Below the pieces are notes generated by a model. It did no database searches. It saw nothing but the letters and a program-made list of their open reading frames with translations, and was not told the origin of the DNA. A DNA stretch of 64,000 nt from positions 32,001 through 96,000 of the forward strand of contig CBDANS010000004.1 in assembly GCA_965197745.1 (NCBI GenBank), in the 5' to 3' direction. Position 1 is the first letter of the stretch. Every line of letters starts with the position of its first letter. Made by a program: the position numbers and the translations under genes. Positions 21,134-31,065 of this stretch are shown here, piece by piece. The stretch is from Opitutales bacterium (GTDB lineage: Bacteria > Verrucomicrobiota > Verrucomicrobiia > Opitutales > PNEW01).

Positions 21134-21610
21134 ATGAGTTTTCTTATAGATGAATGGTCGCCATCTCATCTGCGTTGGAAAGAATTAGTGCAAGCCATAG
21201 CAGATGAAAATCAATTCAGTTGGGCTTTTGATTCTTTCTTTGAACAGTTTTCTCGGTATTTCTTTGTAGCGTTAAATAAAGAGAAAATTGTTGGGTTTCT
21301 CATGTTCGTGGTGTGGGATATTGGTCCTAATGATCGTGAACATAAACCAGTGAAATTCAATGGGAGAACACTAACAGAAGCCAAAATTATCGCGTTTGGC
21401 GTAAAAAATACTCACCGACGACTAGGTATAGGTCGATCATTACAGGAGCGAGCAATAAAACGTGCGAAGAAGCTTGGCTGTTATCAGGTGCGTTCAGTTA
21501 GTGGTGATGAATCTCATGAAAATCAGCAATTAAAGCTTTCGATGAGTTTTGCAGTTGAACCTATGGAACGCGAGAAGCCGTATTTGGCATTTATCTTGCC
21601 TTTACATTAA
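21134..21610 (+). CDS. GNAT N-acetyltransferase
   Basis: FGVKNTHRRLGIGRSL motif A. Confidence 0.85.
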   Translation: MSFLIDEWSPSHLRWKELVQAIADENQFSWAFDSFFEQFSRYFFVALNKEKIVGFLMFVVWDIGPNDREHKPVKFNGRTLTEAKIIAFGVKNTHRRLGIGRSLQERAIKRAKKLGCYQVRSVSGDESHENQQLKLSMSFAVEPMEREKPYLAFILPLH

Positions 21611-21661
21611 TCCTTGGTATGGTCAGTACCTGATTACAATCGTTTGTTAGACCTGTAAATT

Positions 21662-22357
21662 ATGAATATTCACCTGCCTGTTCGATTCACAGGAGACCGA
21701 TCCCGAGAATATGATTATACAACTCTGACATTGGTTCCACAGAAGGCAGCTTTATTGCTTATTGATTGTGATGGCGATTGCGGACCCGATTGTAACCCTG
21801 TGATTGAATCAACCATTTCTCCAGCATTGTCTGCCTGCCGTGCGATCGGTATAAGGCCCGTATATTTGTACAATGTAGCTTGGCCGAAATACTCTCAAGA
21901 TATGTTCTGCGAGATTCATCACACGCGCCGTGGTAAAACAATCGAACCCAGCATTTCCAATCCTGTTTCACCTAGTTGGGCTAAAAGTATCAAGCCGCAT
22001 CAAGGAGATCTGATCATAGGCAAGCCAGGCCAGAGCGCTTTCATTGGCTCCAGCCTCGATAAGTCTCTGAAGGCCTGCGACATCGATACCCTTATTGCCG
22101 TGGGTTTCAGTTTTAAGTCCTGTCTTTTTCATACCCTATTCAATGCATTCCAGTACAACTACAGGGTCGTCTTCCTTCGAGATGGAACTGACCCGCAAGG
22201 AACGAATGAGTTTCCAAATACTAAAGATGAGGCATTACCTGAAAAGGGATGGGTACGTATGGTTCTGACTCGGTTCATTGAAGACCATTTAGGATATAGC
22301 TCGACCTGTAAAGAAATAGTTAGGGAATGTAATAAGGTGATTAAACTTCAGCAATAA
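21662..22357 (+). CDS. Isochorismatase / cysteine hydrolase family protein
   Basis: ALLLID, K.GQSAF.GS.LD..L....IDTLIAVG...SCLFHT...AFQYNYRV. Confidence 0.85.
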   Translation: MNIHLPVRFTGDRSREYDYTTLTLVPQKAALLLIDCDGDCGPDCNPVIESTISPALSACRAIGIRPVYLYNVAWPKYSQDMFCEIHHTRRGKTIEPSISNPVSPSWAKSIKPHQGDLIIGKPGQSAFIGSSLDKSLKACDIDTLIAVGFSFKSCLFHTLFNAFQYNYRVVFLRDGTDPQGTNEFPNTKDEALPEKGWVRMVLTRFIEDHLGYSSTCKEIVRECNKVIKLQQ

Positions 22358-22790
22358 TATGCGACATATACTGGATTATGAAGATTACTCTTAGTTGATC
22401 GCGTGAATCTCAATAGAATGCATCTCCAAAGCATTGATATTAAAGCTAACTATGTTCAGTCCAATAACTGCAAAAGGAATCTGGATTTTCATGACAGTAA
22501 AAGTCCGGAAAATTAGAGTTTAGCATATTTCTTCGAAAAAATAAGCTAATATAGTTTTATCAAATAAACCGATTCGTCACTGTTGTTCATGATCGACATT
22601 GCCTTTCATCAAAAAATAAAAGGTTGGGAAATAATGAAATGAAGGACCATATTGATACATCTAATCCTAGACATGCAATTCAGTTTGCGGGAGAGAATTC
22701 ATATCATGGGAAATGAATATTAGGCGGTATGTTATTTGGAGAAGAATCACAATATCTAGTCTAGTTATAAATTCGAGTTAACGATGCCTC

Positions 22791-23000
22791 TGGAGTGACC
22801 CCAAAAAATCGTATCATTTACAGAGAGAGGTTATCGGGATAAACGGATAACCTCAATGAAAAGAAAAAGATACACAACAGAACAGATCATAGCAATACTC
22901 CGGCAAGCCGATACCTGTAAAACAGTACAGGAGATCTGCCGTGGAAACACCCTAAGTGAACAGACCTTCTATCGCTGGGGGAAAAAAGTATGGCAATTAG
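22791..23000 (+). mobile_element. IS3 left end + orfA fragment
   Basis: Matches 31066 onward; MKRKRYTTEQII...FYRWGKK, then truncated. Confidence 0.85.
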
Positions 23001-23109
23001 GGGTTACCTATAAGTGTGCTTAGAGGATGGGTAAACAAATACGGAAGCTATTTAATGATAATATTGATTTTCTTAATAATGTAGTTGAACTTAATGAAAC
23101 ATATTTTTG

Positions 23110-23229
23110 AGCCAAAGAAGCAGCAAACATTAGCATAAAAGGACCCGGTATACACATGGCAGATCAACCAAAACCTTTACCACTAGCAGACCTAACACTG
23201 GCTCTGGTACAGTATAAGGGAGCAGGTCA
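23110..23229 (+). mobile_element. Orphan IS3 right end
   Basis: Near-copy of 14385-14498. Confidence 0.85.
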
Positions 23230-23237
23230 CTATTAGC

Positions 23238-24077
23238 CTACGAATTACCAAAATATTCAGACCCCTCCCACTGCATTACTTCTTTCCAGATAGAAATATA
23301 TTCAGTAATCTTTGAGTTATAAAGGGATTGCTCTGGAAAGAGCTTAGTGAAATCTCCTAGAGCAATTGCAGAGAAGCCAGATGCAATGTTAGCAATGTGG
23401 CCGAATAAAAACTTTCCTTCGTTTTTATTTATTTTCATTGAGTCTAATTGAGAAATTGAAAGTGGTGAAGTGTGTGCAAAACTTGAGAGATACTTAAAGA
23501 TTGATCGGTAATAACTTTCATTGATTCCTGCTTTTATGCATATCTCTATATTTCCATCCAATTTGCTTACATCTTTATTTAATAGTTCTTTTTGTCGTCC
23601 TGGTTTAAGTTTCTGGAACCAAGCTTGGGTTACTAATTTATTTTTATGACGCTCTTTGTCATCATATATTTCACCGATATATTTCGAATGGGGTAAAGCT
23701 GTCTTAAGCATTTTGAGTCTCTCATTTTTCTCATGGTATAGCCAAAGAAGTTTTCTCTTCTCTTTTTCTTCATTACTTACATCTTCTACGGATATGTAAA
23801 ACAAACAGAAATATGCTTCAATAATACTTCTTGTAATCGATGCTGGTGATGATAAGTCCCAGACTTCGAATTCACCAATTGGACCATAGTATTTACTTTT
23901 AGGTATAAATCGCAGAACACTCAGATAACTGATCACTATTTTTGCATATATTATCGATGCTTCAATATTATGCCAAGAATCTGTTTCAATTCCTGCTGTC
24001 TGCTTCGATAATGCAATCGACGCATCACAGATTGAGTCTGCAACATCAATAGTAAGTATCTTTGATTCATCTTTCAT
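23238..24077 (-). CDS. DUF5677-like helical protein (possible HEPN-related fold)
   Basis: A.SITRSIIE...Y and Y...FKYLSSFAHT patterns; AT-rich. Confidence 0.6.
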   Translation of the reverse strand: MKDESKILTIDVADSICDASIALSKQTAGIETDSWHNIEASIIYAKIVISYLSVLRFIPKSKYYGPIGEFEVWDLSSPASITRSIIEAYFCLFYISVEDVSNEEKEKRKLLWLYHEKNERLKMLKTALPHSKYIGEIYDDKERHKNKLVTQAWFQKLKPGRQKELLNKDVSKLDGNIEICIKAGINESYYRSIFKYLSSFAHTSPLSISQLDSMKINKNEGKFLFGHIANIASGFSAIALGDFTKLFPEQSLYNSKITEYISIWKEVMQWEGSEYFGNS

Positions 24078-24089
24078 TTCCTAACTTCA

Positions 24090-24335
24090 GAATTGGAAAG
24101 GAAACTGACAAACTCTAGTGGGCTTTTAAAGCTTAAACGACTGTGGGGATGTTCATCATTGTAGGTCTGACGCTATTGTTCGATTACCACGCGGGATTCA
24201 GTCAAGGTGTATATCAACTCACGCTTAAAGCATTCACACCGTAAGCGACTGTTGAAGCTTTCTGCGGATCCGTTGTGCCTGGGACAGTCATAGTCGATAT
24301 AATTCATGCCAACAAGGTGCTCTCGCAGGTACTGC
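24090..24335 (-). mobile_element. IS3 orfB C-terminal remnant
   Basis: NGSAESFNSRLRCEC...IYTLTESRVVIEQ. Confidence 0.75.
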
Positions 24336-24852
24336 TGGATGGCTTGAGGTAACACTAAAGAACATAGCAAAGAGTTTAGGTATTAGCCATACAACGATCA
24401 TGAATTTGCGTAATGAAATGGAAAAAGAAAGGGGGGTAAACTTTAACAGCTCTTTTGGACGTAAGATCACTATAAAACACATTAAACGATAAGCACCTAG
24501 TAGACTTAGGGAGTGGTCGTGACCACCCCTATAAGCTCCCAAATTTATTGAATCATGTAATTTTAAAAGATGAGATAATTTGCCTGATATAAAGCGTCCT
24601 GGTTGGTTATTTCGCCAACTTTACGAAGTCCATAACATTGGAGGAGTCTCTTGCCTGAACTGATATTTTCTGGCGAAAATTCATTTTGCCCATGGTGTAT
24701 GAGCGTAAACTCCAATGCTTAAATCAAGAATGGTTCGCGTAATCGACGCGTAAGTACAAAAATTTCATATCCAACATTCTCATCGTCGTTTAGGCTTCCT
24801 CTCTCCCTTTGCTTTTGCCAAACTTTGGGAGAAACTCACCTCAACAACCTAT

Positions 24853-26325
24853 ATGCCTAGCAGCAATTCCATGAAAACATCAGGTTATCTCATCTACAGG
24901 TTACTATTTGTCTTTTTGGCTCTAGCGACAGGTTCCATTTTCGGAAAAAGCGAGCAAGTCACTGTTCCTGGGTCTACGGTCAACTTACAGGATCCTAAAA
25001 CCCATGAAGAAAAAAACAAAGCCACCCGTTTAATGTCACGACCAGATGTCCTAAATCCAAATCATAGAGTAACGAAAAAAGGGCTTCTTTTGTTTCAGAA
25101 AATTAAACAGGATTATGCTTTAGTTCAGGATCCCGGGATAAACGCGAAAGTAAATAAAATTGGAGAACGCATTGTTGAGGGGGCTGGCCTTCGGTATCCT
25201 GGAATTGATTGGGAATTTATTGTCATCGATTCGCCGGACGAAGTCCAAGCTGTAGCTTTGCCTGGAGGGAAAGTAGCGGTGTTTAGTGGTCTGTTGGATC
25301 ATTTAGGAAGTGATGATGATATTGCAGTTGTCGTTGGCCATGAAATTGCTCACCTTGCCAGCAATCATCAGATTGAGGATAAGAATCGGGCTTTTTGGGG
25401 TACTCTAGCGAATGTTGCGGTAATCGCCCTTGAGCTTTCCGGAGAAATAGAAAGCCCCTTCTATAATAAATCGTTAACCGAACTTTCTTTGGATGTAACC
25501 GGAGACATTCTTCGCGGATACAGCCGTCGAAGTGAACGCGAAGCTGATTTCGTGGGGCTATTCTTTGCCGCGCTTGCTGGTTTTGATCCCACTGCAGGGG
25601 GCTCGGTCTGGAAACGGATAAATGCGATGGGTTCGGCTAATCAGCGCCCCGCCTACTATAGTACACACCCTCCTGAGGAACTGCGATTGATCTTAATGCG
25701 TGAATACGAACCCTCAGCGATGGCAGTTTATTATCAGGCGCTCAGCGGATCGGTAGATTTTCCTGTCGGTGATCTGGAATCGATGTTTCGAACTTTTTCA
25801 CCCCAAGTGGATGGATCGATCAAAAGCAAAATGCTTGATTTTAGTTCATTTCGAGCTCGCAAACAAAGGGCTGCAAGTTATTTGCCGGTTCAGTTTGCAG
25901 ATAACCGTCCGTTACTAAGCGTCGGGTCAAATCGACTTGGCCTTGAGAATGCGTTGGGTGTTCCCACTCGTGTTTATCTTTCTTCCGAGGATATTCTGGA
26001 AATCATCTTCGAAGCTGTGAGTGAAGAAGCATCCACTTTTTTCAACCCCAAGGACGACTATACGGTCTCCGGATCACTAAACGATTTTCATTTCGAAATG
26101 GGATTCTCTCCGGTTGCCATGAAATATTTAGGCTTCATTGAAGTCGACCTAGAAATTAAAAAACCAGATGGTTCACCCATTCTGGAAAAAAAATACATAA
26201 GCAAACAATCACGGTCTGATTATACGGGGCTCGTTGGTGGGAAGGTGGTTCGGAAGTTGTTTGGAGACTGTGTGAAGGATATAAGGGAGCAGTTTAGACG
26301 CGATCTAATAAAGCATCAATTTTGA
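24853..26325 (+). CDS. M48-family zinc metallopeptidase with extra C-terminal domain
   Basis: WEFIVIDS..V.A.ALPGGKVAVFSGLL, HEIAH, YSRRSEREAD, STHP. Confidence 0.9.
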   Translation: MPSSNSMKTSGYLIYRLLFVFLALATGSIFGKSEQVTVPGSTVNLQDPKTHEEKNKATRLMSRPDVLNPNHRVTKKGLLLFQKIKQDYALVQDPGINAKVNKIGERIVEGAGLRYPGIDWEFIVIDSPDEVQAVALPGGKVAVFSGLLDHLGSDDDIAVVVGHEIAHLASNHQIEDKNRAFWGTLANVAVIALELSGEIESPFYNKSLTELSLDVTGDILRGYSRRSEREADFVGLFFAALAGFDPTAGGSVWKRINAMGSANQRPAYYSTHPPEELRLILMREYEPSAMAVYYQALSGSVDFPVGDLESMFRTFSPQVDGSIKSKMLDFSSFRARKQRAASYLPVQFADNRPLLSVGSNRLGLENALGVPTRVYLSSEDILEIIFEAVSEEASTFFNPKDDYTVSGSLNDFHFEMGFSPVAMKYLGFIEVDLEIKKPDGSPILEKKYISKQSRSDYTGLVGGKVVRKLFGDCVKDIREQFRRDLIKHQF

Positions 26326-26569
26326 CCGAGTTGTTTTTTCTATCTCTACTGTAACGTCCAAATCCATAACCGATTTGTATAAAGTCAACAACCCTAGCAT
26401 TGGATTTTATTTACATCCGCACCCAACAATCAGCCGAGAATTCCCTGAGCTTTAGGTAATTTCAGTTTTTCCGCTTTTGAGGTGGTGTACTTACCAACGC
26501 TGCCATGATTTATCCTGTATAAGGGATTAGCTCTGGCGGGTAAGAGAAATTGAGGATGAGTAAGCCGAG

Positions 26570-27910
26570 TGGTCGTGACCACGAAAACTGGTACACTAGA
26601 AAAGTTAGTCTGGGACACCTGGAAAGGACTCAAACAATGAAAGGCAAAAGATATACAACCGAAGAGAAGATACGGATGCTGCGGCAGGCAGACAAAGGGA
26701 AAACGATCCTGGAAGGATGCCGCGAGAACAACATTAGCGAACAGAGCTTCGACCGCTGGAAGCGTGAGTTTGGGATGATTGATGTCGACCAGGCCAAGCG
26801 GATGAAGGAGCTCTTTGAAGGAGAACGCGCGGTTAAAACGGATGCTGGCAGACAAGATGCTGGGGATAGAGATCCTGCAGGAGACCCTCGAAAAAAAATG
26901 GTAGATGTCGCTTACACTCGGTAGTAAGCCCTGGGCACAAGCAGCAAGTCGTAGAGAGACTTGTGGCCCGGTGCCAGTGTTCGATGCGTGCAGCGTGCCG
27001 ATACTTTCACCTGCACCGCTGCACCTATGCGTATCGGTCGAAGTATCCGGATGGCTGGCAAACGAAACTGAAGGTGGCAGTAAGGCGGTTATCACGGCAA
27101 TACGCGAGGTGGGGCTATGCGAAGATCACGAAGCTGTTGAAGGACGAAGGCTGGCAGGTAGGTAAACGGCTCGTGCAAGGTCTGCGACGTGAACTGGGTC
27201 TGGCGATCCCCCCACGCAAGCCAAGGCGTCGGCGCAGGGATGTCTGCACCGGGCTGCCGCCCAAGGCCGAACATCCCAACCAGGTTTGGACCTGGGATTT
27301 TATCCACGATAAGACGGTTCGCGGCGGCAGTCTAAAAATGCTGACCGTGCTCGATGAGTACACCCGCGAGTGTCGGGTGATCCATGTTGATCGCCATATC
27401 AATGCGGAAACGGTACGCGGTATCATGCAAAAACTGCTCGACCGGCATGGGCCGCCAAAATATATTCGTAGCGACAACGGTTCCGTTCCGAGGAGCGAAG
27501 CGACGACATGCGAAGCCATTCATTAAAAAGGAATTGAGAGCCTGGCTAACTGCGATGAAAATCAAAACCCTCTATATCGAACCAGGAAGCCCTTGGCAGA
27601 ACGGATACATCGAATCGTTGCATGCACGTTTTCGCGAGGAGTGTCTAAATCGTGAACAGCTGTGGACTTTGACCGAAGCCCGCGTGGTCATCGAAGATTG
27701 GCGCTGGCTTTACAATCATGTCCGACCCCACCGCAGCCTCGGCAACATCACTCCACGGCACTTCACTGAAAACCTCAATACCGAAGGCTCGGGCTCCATT
27801 CGGGCTACGCCCTCATTGCGCCCAAGCCTTGACTTCCTCTACCAACTTAACTTCAACATTAACCTCTCCAGACTAACTCTCCCTGTGGACCAGTTTGTGT
27901 AACCCGACCA
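26570..27910 (+). mobile_element. IS3-family element, full length but frameshifted
   Basis: Both IRs present. OrfA has the KELFEG lesion; 23-nt insert at the junction; 32-nt insert in orfB; PWQNGYIES. Confidence 0.94.
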
Positions 27911-28149
27911 ACGGGTTAAAGAATATTCTGGCTTCAGTGTTTTCATATCTTGTGCAACAAGATCAAATAACTCCATAGATTTATGATAAGCTCCAAAAAC
28001 TTTTAATCCACTTTTCATATATCTTCACTCCTCCCTCGACACCTGCCCCTCGACACTCGACTATTTCTTATTTCATCTTTGGTACTATAAACGGAATATT
28101 TTAATATTTATTTATAGCTCAGCGAATGAGATGAATCGTCCTTCAGAAT

Positions 28150-28803
28150 TTACTTTCTCCCAAACAAATTAATCATGTACCCGCTCACAAAAAATGCAAA
28201 CGCCACCAGACTGATCGGTGGCAGCCCGCCATGCCAGCTGGATGGGTTGAGCCAACCTTTGTAGCCCATAAAAAACAAGTGAACTGCACCGAGTATCATC
28301 GCTACTAGGAGGAATTTCCGTGAGGTAATAAATTGGATGAATGCCTTGTCTTCTCTCAGATGGGTTAGAAAACTCAGGTTGTAACCCCAGAGAATGACAA
28401 AGGCTAAAACACCACCGAGCATACTTATGCCTGCCAATAGTGTAAGCGAACCGTCTTGATCAAAAAACTTTCCGTATATTTTTGGATTAAACAGCATGAA
28501 GCTCATTAATGCATGGATGAGCACTAGCAAGAATCCGCTCATACCTAAAGCATTGCGGGCATTGAGCCAGCTTTCAGGAACTTTTAATCCCAGGTTTTTC
28601 AACGGTCCCAAACTGAAATTAAAAGTCAGCAATATAAATGCACTTAGTGAGACCCCTTTATTTAAAATAAAAAAGGGAAAATCTTTCCACGGTACCGGAC
28701 CGACGATGTGGTAGCGAAGTATCGTATATCCAATCGAAAAGATTAGCGTAATCGCAATGATCCGACTTGCCGAGTTTTTATGAATTTCTGAATGATTAAT
28801 CAA
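28150..28803 (-). CDS. Ferric-reductase-like / MsrQ-like heme-binding membrane protein
   Basis: Six hydrophobic helices; R.ALG..GF....IH and LGAVH histidines. Confidence 0.65.
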   Translation of the reverse strand: MINHSEIHKNSASRIIAITLIFSIGYTILRYHIVGPVPWKDFPFFILNKGVSLSAFILLTFNFSLGPLKNLGLKVPESWLNARNALGMSGFLLVLIHALMSFMLFNPKIYGKFFDQDGSLTLLAGISMLGGVLAFVILWGYNLSFLTHLREDKAFIQFITSRKFLLVAMILGAVHLFFMGYKGWLNPSSWHGGLPPISLVAFAFFVSGYMINLFGRK

Positions 28804-28816
28804 AATATTATTAAAT

Positions 28817-28965
28817 AAATCTCAATTTATCAAAATACAAATTTCGAATAATAGCCAAACTACAATTTCTAAATAACCAAACTGTTTTCGATTATTATTT
28901 TGTGTAAATTGGTTTTTTGGCTACTGGAATTTATTTGTGGTTTGTAACTTGTTATTTTGTGCTTA
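28817..28965. repeat. Imperfect inverted repeat built of 7-nt AAATNNC-type units
   Basis: Left arm AAATCTC-AATTTATC-AAAATAC-AAATTTC...; right arm GGAATTTATTTGTGGTTTGTAACTTGTTATTTTGTGCTT. Confidence 0.65.
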
Positions 28966-28978
28966 AATTCATTTCACC

Positions 28979-29665
28979 TTACTCTGATTTCTTATCGCCT
29001 TTGATGAATGGCACCGCTTCCTGCGGAGTCTCTGCGAAGGAAATAAGATTGAGATCTTCTTCACCGATCGTTCCTTCACGAATCATTGTATTCGTGATAA
29101 ATTCGCTCATTGCGTCCCAGAACTTGCCACCCAGGACGACGAGAGGAAAGGATTCGATCTTCCCGTTCTGTATGAGTGTAAGCGTCTCGAAAACTTCATC
29201 AAGCGTACCAAATCCACCAGGCAGAACGACAAAAGCGGAGGAGAGTTTCACCAGCATCATCTTGCGTACAAAGAAATGTTCAAATTCAACAAACTGATCC
29301 ACATAGGGGTTTGGTTTTTGCTCCCTGGGTAGACTGATATTGCAACCGATTGATCTGCCCCCCTCATCTTTAGCTCCGCGATTGGCTGCTTCCATGATTC
29401 CTGGACCTCCTCCGGTCACCACGGTATAGCCATCGATCGCCAACAGCCTTCCCATCTCGCGAGCCAGTACATAGCTAGGATGATCGTCTGAAAAACGGGC
29501 AGATCCGAATACTGTCACACATTTTCCTAAATCCTTAAGCTCGGCAGCTGCGTGAAGCGTCTCAATGAAAACCCGACCGGCGCTAACCAGTTCTTCGTCG
29601 TAAGATCTAAGGGCACGAAGAAAATTACGCTCTTCGTCGTGTCGTATGTCGATAAATTGGCTCAT
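28979..29665 (-). CDS. LOG family (TIGR00730-like) nucleotide phosphoribohydrolase
   Basis: VTVFGSAR, TGGGPGIMEAANRGA, FFVRK, PGGFGTLDE. Confidence 0.93.
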   Translation of the reverse strand: MSQFIDIRHDEERNFLRALRSYDEELVSAGRVFIETLHAAAELKDLGKCVTVFGSARFSDDHPSYVLAREMGRLLAIDGYTVVTGGGPGIMEAANRGAKDEGGRSIGCNISLPREQKPNPYVDQFVEFEHFFVRKMMLVKLSSAFVVLPGGFGTLDEVFETLTLIQNGKIESFPLVVLGGKFWDAMSEFITNTMIREGTIGEEDLNLISFAETPQEAVPFIKGDKKSE

Positions 29666-29707
29666 GGTGGGACCGGATTGATCGGTAAATTGTCAAAAGA
29701 AAAATCA

Positions 29708-29888
29708 TGAAATTCAAATGACAAAAAGACAAATCACAAATCTCAAATAATATTTAAATTACAAAATCTAAATTACCAAACGGTATTAAATAATAAGGAA
29801 TCAGATATTCTTTTATCCTTTTTGTCGTTTTGGTTTCTCAATCATTAGAATTTATTTGTATTTTGTCATTTGTATTTTGGGAAATTTA
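29708..29888. repeat. Second heptamer-built imperfect inverted repeat
   Basis: AAATGAC-AAAAGAC-AAATCAC-AAATCTC-AAATAA... versus GAATTTATTTGTATTTTGTCATTTGTATTTTG. Confidence 0.65.
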
Positions 29889-30957
29889 TATTTCCCCGCA
29901 TCTTCTGCGTCACGACACAACGGAAACCCGTGTGATTAGAACTGGATCGTGGGTCTGTAGCCATACGGGCACTCGGCCTGAATCCGGTACAATAATTTTC
30001 GCTGCATAAGAATGATCCGCCTTTAACAATGCGTTTTGGAATACCGGGTTCATTAGGATCAAGGCTATGTTCTTTAATAACTCCTGTAGGGTTTTCTTTA
30101 GAGCTGACTTCATAATACCGGGGATGATACCAATCTGATACCCATTCCCAGACATTGCCGGCCATGTCATAAAGACCGTATCCGTTGGGTGGATAACTGC
30201 CAACAGGTGATGTAATACTATGGCCATCGTTGCCACTGTTTTCGTAAGGGAAATTCCCTTCCCAATAATTCATCACTTTATTCTCAAGATGCTCGGGTTG
30301 ATCTCCCCATGTGTATACCTTATTATCCAAGCGACCACGTGCTGCGTACTCCCATTGTGCTTCGGTAGGCATCTCCTTACCTGCCCATTTGCAATAAGCC
30401 ATTGCGTCATCATAGGTCACATGTACCACGGGATGATTCATTCTCTCTTCGATACTGCTTTCCAGTCCTTCGGGATGTCGCCAATTTGCACCTGGTTTAT
30501 ATTCCCACCAGTTATATAAATTTCTCATGTCAACTTTGCCGGTGGGTTGTTTAAAAACAATCGATGCGGGAATAAGCATCTCAGGTAGTGCACCCGGCCA
30601 ATCTTCCGCTTTGGGCTTTTGTTCTGAATAGGTAATGTAACCTGTCTCTTCCACAAACTTCGCGTATTGTTCGTTTATCACGGGAGTCATATCTATCCAG
30701 AATCCATCGAGCTTCACCTCATGAACAGGGCTCTCATTGTTATAGCCGCCATGCGGCATTACCTTATTCCCTGTGTCATCTCCCATCATAAAAGCGCCAC
30801 CTGGAATCCATAACATACCTGCAGGGCTTTGAATGTTTTGCGGATGGTCGACCGTTTTAGCTGAAGATTTTTTTATATCCTCACCTCCAGTATGCAGTAC
30901 AGAAAGCAGCAAAGTTAAAAACCCAAAAGTAAAATAAGAATAAGGATTATATTTCAA
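29866..30957 (-). CDS. Formylglycine-generating enzyme (SUMF1/FGE-sulfatase) family protein
   Basis: IPGG.F.MG, HPVVHVTY.DA.AYC.W, PTEAQWEYAAR, YDMAGNVWEW, KGGSFLCSENYC, HTGFRC. Confidence 0.93.
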   Translation of the reverse strand: MKYNPYSYFTFGFLTLLLSVLHTGGEDIKKSSAKTVDHPQNIQSPAGMLWIPGGAFMMGDDTGNKVMPHGGYNNESPVHEVKLDGFWIDMTPVINEQYAKFVEETGYITYSEQKPKAEDWPGALPEMLIPASIVFKQPTGKVDMRNLYNWWEYKPGANWRHPEGLESSIEERMNHPVVHVTYDDAMAYCKWAGKEMPTEAQWEYAARGRLDNKVYTWGDQPEHLENKVMNYWEGNFPYENSGNDGHSITSPVGSYPPNGYGLYDMAGNVWEWVSDWYHPRYYEVSSKENPTGVIKEHSLDPNEPGIPKRIVKGGSFLCSENYCTGFRPSARMATDPRSSSNHTGFRCVVTQKMRGNINFPKYK

Positions 30958-31065
30958 AATGTCTGACTATGAAACCTAACGGAAAAGGGTAAGCAAAGTT
31001 GAGAGTTAAGTGTTATGAGTCAAAGAAAAACAATTGAATTACAGTTATCAGTAATCAGACGTCAC

